Shown: piece after piece, positions 28,992-42,114 of the stretch
Layout of the letters: every line of letters starts with the position of its first letter
Position numbering within the stretch: the stretch's first letter is position 1
Position numbers and translations under genes: made by a program
Notes under the pieces: generated by a model
Seen by the model: only the letters and a program-made list of their open reading frames with translations
Database searches by the model: none
What the model was told of the DNA's origin: nothing
Source: a virus
Virus record (IMG/VR): IMGVR_UViG_3300025263_000044
DNA: 64,000 nt
Strand: one strand, 5' to 3'

Positions 28992-29810
28992 ATGTTTCAG
29001 TCCATCTCGTTTGCCGGTTTGAAGAATTCCGTCCGATTTGGCTACGCGGCGGAGCTGTCCTTCTTCAAAGAGCGCAAGAATCTCGAATTCAAGCCAGGCC
29101 TGAACATCCTTTTTGGTCCCAACGGATGCGGCAAAAGCACTGTCTTGCGCATGCTCGCCGGCAACATGTGTGCGGAGCAGGGCGGGGTGTCCACCGTGAC
29201 CGAGGCGTCCATCCGCAATGCGGTGGACATGATGGCCAATATCTCAAACCCGCGTAGCAAGCTTAAGCACTCCATTGGCCTCAAAATCGCTCACGACGCG
29301 CAGCCCATCGTATTTTGCGACCCGCGCGACCGCGTTGGCCTGGCCGGCGGGCACTTCGACAACGACTTCATTCAGCAGGGTTTGGTCGAAAAGCTCACGA
29401 ACAGCCGTAGTAGCCACGGCGAGGCGGTGCTTACGCGCGCCAGCACGGCTTTGGCGGTCTTAGGCGGCCGCGCGCAGTTTCCTGCGGTGGTTGACTACCG
29501 CGTGAATCGCAAAGCCATGAACAGCACCTGGACGTCCGCACTGGACCTGGTTGAGGCCGCAATGAGGGCCTCCATTGCGCGCGGTCAGCCGAGTGTGTTG
29601 CTCGATGAACCTGAGGCCAACTGCTCCCTGGTTTGGCAGAGCCGAATGTGGCAGATGCTGGCGGATGAAGCTGTTGCTGCCAATTTCCAGATTCTTGTGG
29701 CCACGCATAGCCCATACGCCTTGGGCATCAAGCACGCGAACTACATCGAATTCGAGCCAGGCTACCGTGAGGAGGCGGAAGCAGGCCTTCGGGCACGATT
29801 CGTAGGCTAA
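28992..29810 (+). CDS. Stand-alone ABC-type ATPase (AAA_21-like)
   Basis: GPNGCGKST, SHGE signature, LLDEPE, VATHSP. Confidence 0.8.
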   Translation: MFQSISFAGLKNSVRFGYAAELSFFKERKNLEFKPGLNILFGPNGCGKSTVLRMLAGNMCAEQGGVSTVTEASIRNAVDMMANISNPRSKLKHSIGLKIAHDAQPIVFCDPRDRVGLAGGHFDNDFIQQGLVEKLTNSRSSHGEAVLTRASTALAVLGGRAQFPAVVDYRVNRKAMNSTWTSALDLVEAAMRASIARGQPSVLLDEPEANCSLVWQSRMWQMLADEAVAANFQILVATHSPYALGIKHANYIEFEPGYREEAEAGLRARFVG

Positions 29811-29819
29811 TCCTATTGC

Positions 29820-30155
29820 TTGCCAGTGTGGCAGCCCGCCGGAATTCGTCGTACACTTTCCTCACCCATCGTCTTTGGAGGAGAAGTCTTGCCTACGTCG
29901 AACTTACTCGAGTCGTCCGGACCGAAGGAACAGGTTCTCCGCGCGCTAGCTGCATCTCCAGACCCCTTAGATGCCTACCAGGTGGCCAAGATTGCCGGTG
30001 TTACACCGATACAGGCCGGGCGCACCCTGGCCAAGCTTGCCTTGAAGGGGATTGTTCGAACGCAGGACCCACTTGGTACGGTCGATGACCTTGCCGCGCG
30101 CTACACCTTGGTAAGCGACGTCGCAGATACATCCGAGCCAGGTTCGACCGGTTGA
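29820..30155 (+). CDS. Small winged-HTH protein (start uncertain)
   Basis: DAYQVAKIAGVTPIQAGRTLAKLALKGIV. Confidence 0.5.
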   Translation: MPVWQPAGIRRTLSSPIVFGGEVLPTSNLLESSGPKEQVLRALAASPDPLDAYQVAKIAGVTPIQAGRTLAKLALKGIVRTQDPLGTVDDLAARYTLVSDVADTSEPGSTG

Positions 30156-30325
30156 TGAAAGACGTTGCAGCATCCGCAGAATCGATGCCTCACGTCCTCA
30201 GGGTGGAAAGATTCTCTACCGCACTTCAGGCACGTGATGGACTTGCGTCCAGCGCTGATTCGATAAGTGGCCTCCTGAGTAACAGGCGAGCTGGCGGACG
30301 GCTGAGAGTCGGTACTGCGGGTCAT
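30101..30325 (-). CDS. Small Cys-rich zinc-ribbon protein
   Basis: CLKCG...FCGCCNVFH; AGGAGG RBS. Confidence 0.6.
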   Translation of the reverse strand: MTRSTDSQPSASSPVTQEATYRISAGRKSITCLKCGRESFHPEDVRHRFCGCCNVFHQPVEPGSDVSATSLTKV

Positions 30326-30389
30326 GTGCGCCTCCTGGTCAAGGCATGAGCGTACCACAGGGCCTCTCGGCCCTGCTAGGTTGTCTCGG

Positions 30390-31178
30390 TCAGATGACCT
30401 TGAGCTTCAGTGGTTCCAGGGTCAAGCCGACCAGAAAATCGACGTGCACGGCCGGAGCACGCTGTCCGTCGACGGAATCCACAACTTCGAACGAGATAAG
30501 CAGGTTCTCGCGATTGCCGTCAGGCAGCTGGCGGACGTAAGGCATGAAGTGCATTTTCTGACGCATGCCCTTCATGCCCGACTGGTCATCCAGCCTGTTT
30601 TCGACAGCGGTGTACGGGCGAACGTAATCTTCTTGACCCGGCGTGTCGCGCTGGTAGTCCAGCGTTTCGGCGCCGGCCAGGAGTGCTGAAATCTGTTCTG
30701 GGGTCAGGTCGCCCAGTGTGAGCTGGTCCTCACCCAGGTTGTACCAGAGCTGGCCCAGTCCATAACCTTTGCCCTGGTACGGTTCCTGGTCCTCAGCCGT
30801 GGCTGGAGTCAGGCGGAACAGCTGCTGGTAGTAGGTGGCTTCCACCGGCTGGCCATTTTTCGCTAACACCTGCAGGAAGGTTTGTCCCGCATCGGTGCGG
30901 CGGTCGCCGGCGTTCGTGTAGAAGCGGAAGATTTCCAGCGAGGGGTCGGCATCCAGGCGAACACGGCCAATCGACTGGATTTGCATTTGACTGGAACTAG
31001 GCACCTTCAGCAAGGTGCCGTCCAAAATGGCGAAGGAGGCGCGTGGCACTTCCATCAAACTGCCAATCTGGGCGCCGTATGGCAGGCCAGTATCCTGGCG
31101 CGGCAGCGTGTTGGCAGCAGCTTTGGCATGGTCTACGCGCTTTTCGAGGATACGCTTACCGAGTTGGAACAGAGACAT
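30390..31178 (-). CDS. DUF2491 (YjfK-like) family protein
   Basis: GLPYGAQIGS N-terminus; Y-x-R-D...; C-terminal acidic and hydrophobic beta pattern. Confidence 0.5.
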   Translation of the reverse strand: MSLFQLGKRILEKRVDHAKAAANTLPRQDTGLPYGAQIGSLMEVPRASFAILDGTLLKVPSSSQMQIQSIGRVRLDADPSLEIFRFYTNAGDRRTDAGQTFLQVLAKNGQPVEATYYQQLFRLTPATAEDQEPYQGKGYGLGQLWYNLGEDQLTLGDLTPEQISALLAGAETLDYQRDTPGQEDYVRPYTAVENRLDDQSGMKGMRQKMHFMPYVRQLPDGNRENLLISFEVVDSVDGQRAPAVHVDFLVGLTLEPLKLKVI

Positions 31179-31187
31179 CGCGGGTCC

Positions 31188-32237
<1,050 letters not shown>

Positions 32238-32335
32238 AATCCACACCTTTGTGATTGATGTCTTGCAGTATATCACAAAATGCGACTAAGTGCGAACTTT
32301 ACTTGTATCGTAGCGTTTATTCGCCTTTCAGCAAG

Positions 32336-32830
32336 TTAAGCAGGATGCGATTCCATCACTTCCTTGATGCGGTCGGCTTCGCATTCCGCCGATTCCACCA
32401 TGTCGGAAATCAAATTCATGGGGTGGCCGCGCAGCCACAGCTTGATGGCTTCATGGTCATCATCGGTCTGTGCGCTAACGTGCAGCTGAACCAGGCGATT
32501 GTATTCTTGCTGGAGCCAAAGCGGCTGCTCTTCCAGCTTAAATCGACGTCCTTCGAACAAAGGCAACTCGCCAACCTTGCGCTCGGTGCCGCGCAGTGCG
32601 GCCGCCAGGCGCTCGCACCACACTGCCATTTTCAGCCGGGCGTCGTCCACATTGTCACCGGACAGGTCCATGATGTGCATTGCGCCGGCGATGACTTTGC
32701 CGGTTCGCGGGTCTACCTGGAGCTGCATGACCTGCTCCAATGTGGTGCGCAGTCGGCCCACATTGTGGCGAACGTTGTAGCTCAGGGAAACCAGGCCTGC
32801 ATCCATGCGCATATCAGTAAGTTCAAGCAT
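32336..32830 (-). CDS. Hypothetical protein
   Basis: 164 aa, GAAGGA RBS. Confidence 0.7.
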   Translation of the reverse strand: MLELTDMRMDAGLVSLSYNVRHNVGRLRTTLEQVMQLQVDPRTGKVIAGAMHIMDLSGDNVDDARLKMAVWCERLAAALRGTERKVGELPLFEGRRFKLEEQPLWLQQEYNRLVQLHVSAQTDDDHEAIKLWLRGHPMNLISDMVESAECEADRIKEVMESHPA

Positions 32831-32947
32831 GGCAGCTATCCTTCATCAGTTGTTCAACCATGTGCTCGAAACGGCGCGCGGCGAATTTGTCGACCAAGTC
32901 GAAATTGAGGTTCATGATTGGTTCCATATTCATCATCAATAATAGTG

Positions 32948-33646
32948 TCAGGCTGGGTCCACGAGTGGCATCAGAAGCTTGGTCCACTCTTCTTCGGTCA
33001 TATACCCCAACGCCAACCGGGCAAAAAACGCTTTCTCTTTGAGACGCTCGAATTCCAGTGGCGACAACTCGGCCAGGTGTTCAGGCCAGCCGGAAGCGGT
33101 CAGCGCCTGGTGCTGGGAGGCCGGCATCGGAATAGTCATTGGCTCCACGTCCTTGAACGCGGACAGCCAGCCATCGTGCACAGCCCGGATGATGTCTCGC
33201 AGCTGAGCTGACGCTGGTAAGCGACGCAGCTTCCGGACAGCCCGGGCGTTCATCGCCGCATACAACACAGGAGGCAGGTTTGGTACCAGCGCAACCCAGA
33301 AGCACGCACCTTTGGTGTCGCTGTGCTTCTTGAGGCTCGCGTAGATACGGTCGCCAAAAGCATGGTCCCAGCCATTCTTGAGCGTATGCCGGGTGTATCC
33401 GTAAAGGGCGCGCAGTTCGGCAGCCGCGGCCGAGTAAGGGAACCGCTGCATAATCTGCTCTTCGATGTTGCCCTCCGGATTGCCTTTGTCCCCGAGCAGC
33501 TGGAACGGAAACTCCTGGCCAGTAGGCACATGGCGCAGCAACACATACGTCTTTGGTTCTTGTCCGCTGACATGCTCAGCATGCCGCGTTCCCTTGAGGG
33601 TAGGCGCCACGGAGATGTGAAATTCGCGATAAATACTAGGGTGCAT
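32948..33646 (-). CDS. Hypothetical protein
   Basis: Start MHPSIY; extended -10 TGTGGTATACT upstream. Confidence 0.7.
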   Translation of the reverse strand: MHPSIYREFHISVAPTLKGTRHAEHVSGQEPKTYVLLRHVPTGQEFPFQLLGDKGNPEGNIEEQIMQRFPYSAAAAELRALYGYTRHTLKNGWDHAFGDRIYASLKKHSDTKGACFWVALVPNLPPVLYAAMNARAVRKLRRLPASAQLRDIIRAVHDGWLSAFKDVEPMTIPMPASQHQALTASGWPEHLAELSPLEFERLKEKAFFARLALGYMTEEEWTKLLMPLVDPA

Positions 33647-33768
33647 ACAAAAATTATACAGGATTTTTGCGGAAGTATACCACAAAATAGTCACTATCGT
33701 AAACTAACCATACTTGACCAATTACTTTACTTGTGGAAAATATACGCATTTGTTAAGGGAGATTTCCA

Positions 33769-34731
33769 ATGTCTCGGGCAGAAATCGCACGGCCAGCGGC
33801 AAACGGTGATTTTTGGCCGGCACAGAACTTGGATGCGTGGCGCAGTGAACCGAGAAATTGCTTTTTGTCATGGTTGGCAGAGCAACGGGTTCTGGGTGTA
33901 CGGCAGCTGCGGGAATCGTCGTGTGAGACATACACCGCGATGTTTTCGGCATGGCTGACAGTTCTGGAAAAGGAACGCGGTGTGAGCTTGCTTGAAGCGG
34001 CACCCAAGGACGCTGCATACTTCTTTGAAACGCACAAAATTGACCGGGTCTCCAGGCGGCGATACCTCCACTTGCTGAACAAGGTATACCGATACCTGCG
34101 TGGCATAGGCTGGAGCGGAGAGAATCCTTTGTTGGCAGAGTTGAGAAATGATGCCGGCACGATTGATATCGCACTGCCGCCTGGCCTCGATGAAGCCTCT
34201 TTAGAAAAGGTCATCACGGTGTTGACCGCGCTACCAGGGTGGAAGGGTGCTCGCGACCGGTGTGCCGCGGCACTTCTCATAGGCGCCGGCCTGCGCGCGA
34301 ATGAGTTTATTGACCTACAGCAAGGCGATGTGTCGCCACATTATGAAATTCTCGTTAAACCACATACTGTCCATAAGGAACATTCCACCCTTATTTTGCC
34401 GGAGGGGCCGTGGCGCAGTTGGTATAAAGCCTGGGAGCATGAGCGTGCCGAGTTGAAATTTAAGAAGGAGGCTGGCTCGGTGCTTTGCCCAGGAACCTTA
34501 TCTGGGAGACCATACACGCCATCTGGATTGTTTCGGCGCGTGAACGAGTGGCTACAACCAATTGCAAGCGAACTGCCTCAGGCCGGGCCAAATATTCTGA
34601 GAAATACTTTCGCGCGGCTTGCCTTGACTTGCGACCGATACACACCTGAACAAGTGCAAGAATTTCTTGGCCACGTAGAATTTCGGACAACCTTTCGCCA
34701 CCTATCAGCTATTAATACTTCGGCTCCTTGA
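33769..34731 (+). CDS. XerC/D-like tyrosine recombinase with a degenerate active site
   Basis: GLRANE, PNILRNTFA, FLGHVEFRTTFRH; the expected Tyr position holds His. Confidence 0.8.
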   Translation: MSRAEIARPAANGDFWPAQNLDAWRSEPRNCFLSWLAEQRVLGVRQLRESSCETYTAMFSAWLTVLEKERGVSLLEAAPKDAAYFFETHKIDRVSRRRYLHLLNKVYRYLRGIGWSGENPLLAELRNDAGTIDIALPPGLDEASLEKVITVLTALPGWKGARDRCAAALLIGAGLRANEFIDLQQGDVSPHYEILVKPHTVHKEHSTLILPEGPWRSWYKAWEHERAELKFKKEAGSVLCPGTLSGRPYTPSGLFRRVNEWLQPIASELPQAGPNILRNTFARLALTCDRYTPEQVQEFLGHVEFRTTFRHLSAINTSAP

Positions 34732-34796
34732 GTGGATGACTGAGGTCAAAATCTATGATAGTTTCCAATCTCATTAGTGATTTGTAGTTTCACGGC

Positions 34797-36506
34797 ATGT
34801 TTAAACATTCAGTATTCATGCAGTTGACCCTCTTTATGGCGGTCGCCGCGGCAATAACAGGTTGCTTGTCCTTTCTTTACCTGGAATCGACCCCTTTTCT
34901 ACTTAGAGAGTTTCCTCAGTGGCGCTTTATCCATGAGGAGCTGCCGTTTGTAGTCGATGGTCTTTTTAGTCTTGTCTCTCTGATATTTTCTACGGCAGCT
35001 TTCGCAGAGTTCACTGTGTTAAGACGAGCACTCAAGCACGGCTTCAGTGAATTTGAGGTCCTGAATAATGTCTTGTATTCAGCTGATTTCGGTGAAGATG
35101 GCGGCGTATTTTATATGGATGAAACAAGGAAAATTCTGACAGCCAGTCAGCTTACATGGCGTGCCGCTTTAAAGTCCACACATAAAGACCTCGTAGGCAA
35201 GCGCTGTGATGAAGTTTTCCCTGATAAATTCAACCGCTTGCTCGACGAGCTTATCGAGCGAGCCATTGTGACACGCAGTCCGGCCGCAGTTGATATCTCA
35301 GACTGGGGACCTTATGGCCTAGCCTCAATGGGGCCAACGATGGTAATCGTGAATCCTGCACTGAAATTGAAGCGCCCCGTGGGCTTTGCTGTAGTGTTCC
35401 GAAGTCTGCGCGAGTTCAAGCTGGCGGAGGATTCCGCTATCATGCATCAGAAAAAATACCAGTCGCTATTCGACAATCTGGAAGTTGGGGTTGCAATCTT
35501 TCGGCCGGCGGTCAGTGACGACGGGGGGCCGGATGGCTATGTGACAGAAGCAAATTCAGCATTCAAACGCATTTTGGAAGGCATTCCGCTGCCGTATACG
35601 CAGCCCGCGTCTGTAGTTTGGCCAGGCATTATGAACGAAGGTCCGCTTCGGGACGGTATCACCCAGGTCATGGGAGGCGCACCCTCGGCAAAGTGTGAGA
35701 TTTTCTCTCCGTTGCTTGGCAAACACATTGCTATTTCACTGTCCGTACTGCCCGGCGGTCGTGTGCTAGTTGTCGTAGCCGACCAAACTGAAGCGAGGAT
35801 GCACGAGGCGCAGTTGCTTGCGTTCCATGAAAGGCTGCAGCGTTCGTTAACCGTCCAAAGCGAATATCTTTCACGCGTCGTGGAGGATATGACGAATTTC
35901 AATCAAGCCTCCATCGACGTAGCTGAAGCACATTTGGAGGCTATGACCGAACTGATTCCAAGCATTCCAGAGCCGCTCGCGTCGAAGATGGCGGACGCCT
36001 GCACATCCCTGCATAAAGTGCAATCGCAGTTTATTCGGTACTATGCCGCAAGCGGTTTGCCCTATAAAGAACATACTTTGGTTTCTCTAGGAGAAGTTGT
36101 TTCTCGGCTTACCGAAACTTTTAATTGCCGCCACCGCAACATTTCTTTTACTGTTGAATCGTTGCCGACGGTGGTTGGCAGCCAAGAAGTGCTGGCCAGC
36201 ATTCTTGAGCAGCTTCTGACAAGCCTTGCTAATCTACCAAATGCCGAACGCGCCAAAATTGAAATTGGCGGTAAACGAGATTTTCTCAGTACCGGACTTT
36301 ATGTGGCAGCCTGGGGATTTGATTATTCACAACTGTTTGTAGAGATTCCGCCAAATGAGCAAGTTCTTGATTGGACGCTTACCAGTGACCTCGACCTGGC
36401 TTTGGTACGCGCGATGGTCTTTGAGCACGGAGGCCAGCTCTCACTCGGGCCAACCAAAGACGGTGATGGGGTACGAGTAGCATTTACAATCGGCACGCCC
36501 CTCTAA
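34797..36506 (+). CDS. Membrane PAS-domain histidine-kinase-like protein (predicted pseudokinase)
   Basis: Two N-terminal TMs, two PAS-like domains (YQSLFDNLEVGVAIF), HisKA/HATPase-like C-terminus lacking H, N and G box residues. Confidence 0.7.
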   Translation: MFKHSVFMQLTLFMAVAAAITGCLSFLYLESTPFLLREFPQWRFIHEELPFVVDGLFSLVSLIFSTAAFAEFTVLRRALKHGFSEFEVLNNVLYSADFGEDGGVFYMDETRKILTASQLTWRAALKSTHKDLVGKRCDEVFPDKFNRLLDELIERAIVTRSPAAVDISDWGPYGLASMGPTMVIVNPALKLKRPVGFAVVFRSLREFKLAEDSAIMHQKKYQSLFDNLEVGVAIFRPAVSDDGGPDGYVTEANSAFKRILEGIPLPYTQPASVVWPGIMNEGPLRDGITQVMGGAPSAKCEIFSPLLGKHIAISLSVLPGGRVLVVVADQTEARMHEAQLLAFHERLQRSLTVQSEYLSRVVEDMTNFNQASIDVAEAHLEAMTELIPSIPEPLASKMADACTSLHKVQSQFIRYYAASGLPYKEHTLVSLGEVVSRLTETFNCRHRNISFTVESLPTVVGSQEVLASILEQLLTSLANLPNAERAKIEIGGKRDFLSTGLYVAAWGFDYSQLFVEIPPNEQVLDWTLTSDLDLALVRAMVFEHGGQLSLGPTKDGDGVRVAFTIGTPL

Positions 36507-36516
36507 CGTAGCCTAA

Positions 36517-38685
<2,169 letters not shown>

Positions 38686-38729
38686 CGCGAGCCAGCTGCA
38701 CGTCGAGCGAAACATAAACGAAGGGGTAC

Positions 38730-39476
38730 ATGATGAAAAAGGTGGGTCCTTGGGTTGATGTGGCTGGTGGCGCCTACCGCGCGCTGGCAGGTACAGACGG
38801 CAAGAAGGTTGAGAATCGAGTCGCCTTCATTGAGAAAACCCCTCGTATCCGTATCCGCCGCGGCAGCTCCTTTCCGCATGAGGATTACATGAACTGGGCC
38901 GAACGCCCGTTCAAAGGGGAGGGGCCTCAAGATGCCAAGAGCCGGCAATGGTGTGATGAGGCGTTGCGCCACTTCGGCTATGAGCTCGAAGAGGACGCGC
39001 GCGACGATGCCGAAGCCCTGGCTGCCAAAAACGACGAGCCGTCGGTTACGCTCAAGTTGTACACGCACGAGCAGGCGTATGCGGTGCGCGATGCTTTGGA
39101 CCTCTATAGCCGCGTTTGCATGGGGCAGCTCGATGTCCTGGCCGACCTGGTAAAGTACGAGCAAATCCCCCTTGGGCCTCAGCGCAAATACCTCGAAAGC
39201 AACGAGGTGGCCGACACGGTACGACCGTCACTAGCGGGCGTGAAATCCAGCCTTGGCTATCCATCGACATCCTTCCATTGGGGTATCAGCCATGATGCGG
39301 TGCCCATCGCGGCGAAGCGCGCCTACGAAGTCGAGCGCGTCTTGACAAAAGCCCTGGCGAACGCTCGGAATCCGTCTCCGGTATTCCGTGGGACAGACTA
39401 CGATGGCCTGGTCGTGCGCTACACCAGCGACCCAGTGCCAGCAGTTCGTGCACCGCGCCGGCGCTTCAGCGAGTAA
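38730..39476 (+). CDS. Hypothetical protein (possibly a two-domain fusion)
   Basis: 248 aa, GAAGGGG RBS. Confidence 0.7.
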   Translation: MMKKVGPWVDVAGGAYRALAGTDGKKVENRVAFIEKTPRIRIRRGSSFPHEDYMNWAERPFKGEGPQDAKSRQWCDEALRHFGYELEEDARDDAEALAAKNDEPSVTLKLYTHEQAYAVRDALDLYSRVCMGQLDVLADLVKYEQIPLGPQRKYLESNEVADTVRPSLAGVKSSLGYPSTSFHWGISHDAVPIAAKRAYEVERVLTKALANARNPSPVFRGTDYDGLVVRYTSDPVPAVRAPRRRFSE

Positions 39477-39526
39477 GGCGGCCATAACGTTGCACGGATA
39501 AAATTGTGAAGAGCATTGAGGACTGT

Positions 39527-40867
39527 ATGAGCCAAGACGAAATTTCAGAAGCAGAGAAGGCGGAGGAAGCTGAACTTCAGGCGTGGTTCGAGAAGGCGGT
39601 CAAGTCGCCTTCGTTTGGCGGGAGCATTGGTAATCGTGATGAGCTAGCGGCCGATTATGCGCAGTTGTGCACTAATAACCTCAGCACTCTCGCGTTGGCA
39701 CGTGAAAGCGTTCACCGGGCTCTTCAGGTTTGTGAAATGTTCGACCAAGAGCCGGCATTACTTGCTGCCAACCAAAGCATTGCGCCTAAGTCGGCTACTC
39801 AAATGCGGCCGGACCTAATTCTCTGTACCGAGGCCGCGAATTACATTCTCGTTGAGCTTAAAGTGAGTGTTAATACTGAACGGCAGTGTGTTCAAGAGCT
39901 GCTTGCTTATAGTGCGGCGGCGAAACTGCAGGCTCCATTCGTTAACGAGTTCGTGTATGTCGCTGTAGCGAAAAACTGGAACACGTTGTTGCGCTCATCG
40001 GTGCAAGCGCTCATGTTAGATGGCAAATACGTTCTTCCGCTTCAATGGCAAAGGGATGAAGTTTCGGGGTTCCGCTTGAGCATTGTGCTGAACTTGTTCA
40101 AGTTTGACTTCTTTCAAGACTACCCTCCTCTTTATGCATTGGTGCCCCAAACTATTGGCATATCGATGCCATCAGATGACCTGGGCTTAAAGATTGACCG
40201 CTACTTCACTGAACTCGCGCATTCGCTTGGCTGGAAGTGCGCGCGCATGCAGCAGACTGGCTTTGCGGTCGTCTGGAAAAAGGAATCCCCACACTATTCG
40301 GATTCGATTTGGTGTTTGACCATGGCGACTGTTAACCAGCACTGGGAAAACAGTTACTACGGTCCCGAGGTTCTGTCTGCCGCCCAGGCCATTCCGGATG
40401 GACGTTTTCATAAAGTCCATAATGAGCGGTACAACGAGACCTATGACGCGACGCTTGCTCGATTCACCGATTTACCAGAAGACGAGCTGTTTTGGGGACA
40501 GACGGCCGCGCATGAAAGCGCCTCGAAATTCTTCCCACAAAGCTCCCTTTCCGCAGACTTGCTCGATAAAGCACACAAGAAGGGCAAGGAGTGGTCCGAG
40601 TACGCGAGCAAACGGGCCGGGGACTTTGAATTTGGCGGATTCACCGACTTGGCCCAGTTCTTGTTATATCTCGAACGCAGTTTCCATCCGAATAACGTAA
40701 GCATTAAGCATGTCGTTGTATTTGGCGAGTTGCGCGATTATCTTCGACAACGTCAAAATCCACCCCTGGCACCGCTCAGTAGTTTCATTGAGTTCATGCG
40801 GGACTTTCACGCGCATAAGGTACGGCAAGCGACTGAAAGGAAAAGAGCCCCTCACGAGGGGCTCTGA
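39527..40867 (+). CDS. PD-(D/E)xK nuclease-domain protein
   Basis: RPDLIL...ILVELKV...QELLAY; more AT-rich than its neighbours. Confidence 0.55.
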   Translation: MSQDEISEAEKAEEAELQAWFEKAVKSPSFGGSIGNRDELAADYAQLCTNNLSTLALARESVHRALQVCEMFDQEPALLAANQSIAPKSATQMRPDLILCTEAANYILVELKVSVNTERQCVQELLAYSAAAKLQAPFVNEFVYVAVAKNWNTLLRSSVQALMLDGKYVLPLQWQRDEVSGFRLSIVLNLFKFDFFQDYPPLYALVPQTIGISMPSDDLGLKIDRYFTELAHSLGWKCARMQQTGFAVVWKKESPHYSDSIWCLTMATVNQHWENSYYGPEVLSAAQAIPDGRFHKVHNERYNETYDATLARFTDLPEDELFWGQTAAHESASKFFPQSSLSADLLDKAHKKGKEWSEYASKRAGDFEFGGFTDLAQFLLYLERSFHPNNVSIKHVVVFGELRDYLRQRQNPPLAPLSSFIEFMRDFHAHKVRQATERKRAPHEGL

Positions 40868-40875
40868 GAATCTGC

Positions 40876-41367
40876 TTAGGCAGGTTGAGTTGCGTCGTCT
40901 TTCTTGCGCTGCACGCGTTTTGCCCAGTCCATGAAGTCGGCCACGGACATAGTGGCCAACTCGACATACGCCGCCGGCGGATTCTTGCCGACTTCGTTGC
41001 GAATGGAAACGAGGCCATCGGCCTTATCGTAGGCGAACACGGTGCGATGCGAGCCCAAACCACGCTTGTGGTCGACATCGCCGATGTAGGTCGTGCCGAC
41101 CTTGATTTCGATGCTCTCGTACGCTGCACGGAAGCGAATGCCGTCTGCAGTCGAGTGTTCGGTTTCGACAACGATTTGCGTTGCGTCGAACACTTCTTCC
41201 AGCACGTCATTCAGGTAGGTGGCAGGGGTAATCGCCTTCCACATGCCGATGCTTTCTACCAAGGCGGTTTTTGCCTTGTCGAAGTCACCAGGCGTTCCGT
41301 TCGCTTCTGCGCATTCCTTGATTGCGTGGAATGGGTTGGTATGCCAGTTGCTCCAGGTTTGCGTCAT
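40876..41367 (-). CDS. Hypothetical protein
   Basis: GAGGA RBS; GCTATAC at 41423. Confidence 0.75.
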   Translation of the reverse strand: MTQTWSNWHTNPFHAIKECAEANGTPGDFDKAKTALVESIGMWKAITPATYLNDVLEEVFDATQIVVETEHSTADGIRFRAAYESIEIKVGTTYIGDVDHKRGLGSHRTVFAYDKADGLVSIRNEVGKNPPAAYVELATMSVADFMDWAKRVQRKKDDATQPA

Positions 41368-41497
41368 TATGTCCTCTCAGTAGTTATATTGAACAATGCA
41401 TAACATAGTCGTCGTGCAATCAGTATAGCTGCTGGCGGTCGGCCGACCCCATATGAAAAAACCCCGCTATGCGGCGGGGCACTTTCAACGGGGATAT

Positions 41498-42055
41498 TTA
41501 GCTTTCTTGCCCTAAGGTCGGGTATTTGCCGAGCTCAGGTCCTCGCATACGCTCAAGCCACGTCAAAGCATCGAGCTCCGTAGTGGTCCTGGACTTGAAG
41601 TAGCTGGGGGACAACGCGACCATGGCTTTCCGGTCGCCAGAACGCTCCGCCCAGCGAGCCAGTAATTTAGCCCGGCGCAGTACCACCTGAACCAGGTACA
41701 GCGCGCGCCGCCTGGTGTCTTCGTCAGGCGCACCGCCAACCTTGATTAGCTCCAGCTTCCGGCCCGGTAGCATTTTAAACTCGACCCATGACCAAAGATG
41801 CCCGCGGCGCATGGAATTCTTACCCAGATTGAGCAGCCAGCCAGACTCTAGTCGGAAATAACCATATTCCCTGAAGAGGGACACGCCTGCAGTGCTCGGC
41901 GTCGAGCCCACGCCAGGGCCGACAAAATCCACCAGCTGATAGCTATCGCCTACCCGCATTTCGCGGAAGACCGCCCAGGCCCAGTAGGGAAGGCCGCACC
42001 GACGCAGGATTGGGTCAGCATCCAGGATGATTTTAGGCAAGGCATCAGGTTTCAT
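41498..42055 (-). CDS. Hypothetical protein
   Basis: 185 aa between two terminators. Confidence 0.65.
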   Translation of the reverse strand: MKPDALPKIILDADPILRRCGLPYWAWAVFREMRVGDSYQLVDFVGPGVGSTPSTAGVSLFREYGYFRLESGWLLNLGKNSMRRGHLWSWVEFKMLPGRKLELIKVGGAPDEDTRRRALYLVQVVLRRAKLLARWAERSGDRKAMVALSPSYFKSRTTTELDALTWLERMRGPELGKYPTLGQES

Positions 42056-42114
42056 GAGCCAGTATAGGCGCAGTCATAAGAAAACCCCGACATCAAAGAT
42101 GCGGGGTTGGAGGG

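Noticed and set aside
33769-34731. Prophage or ICE integrase marking an element boundary
   Set aside because: The catalytic Tyr is missing, no att-like repeat or tRNA is adjacent, and the gene style and CTATAC motif continue on both sides
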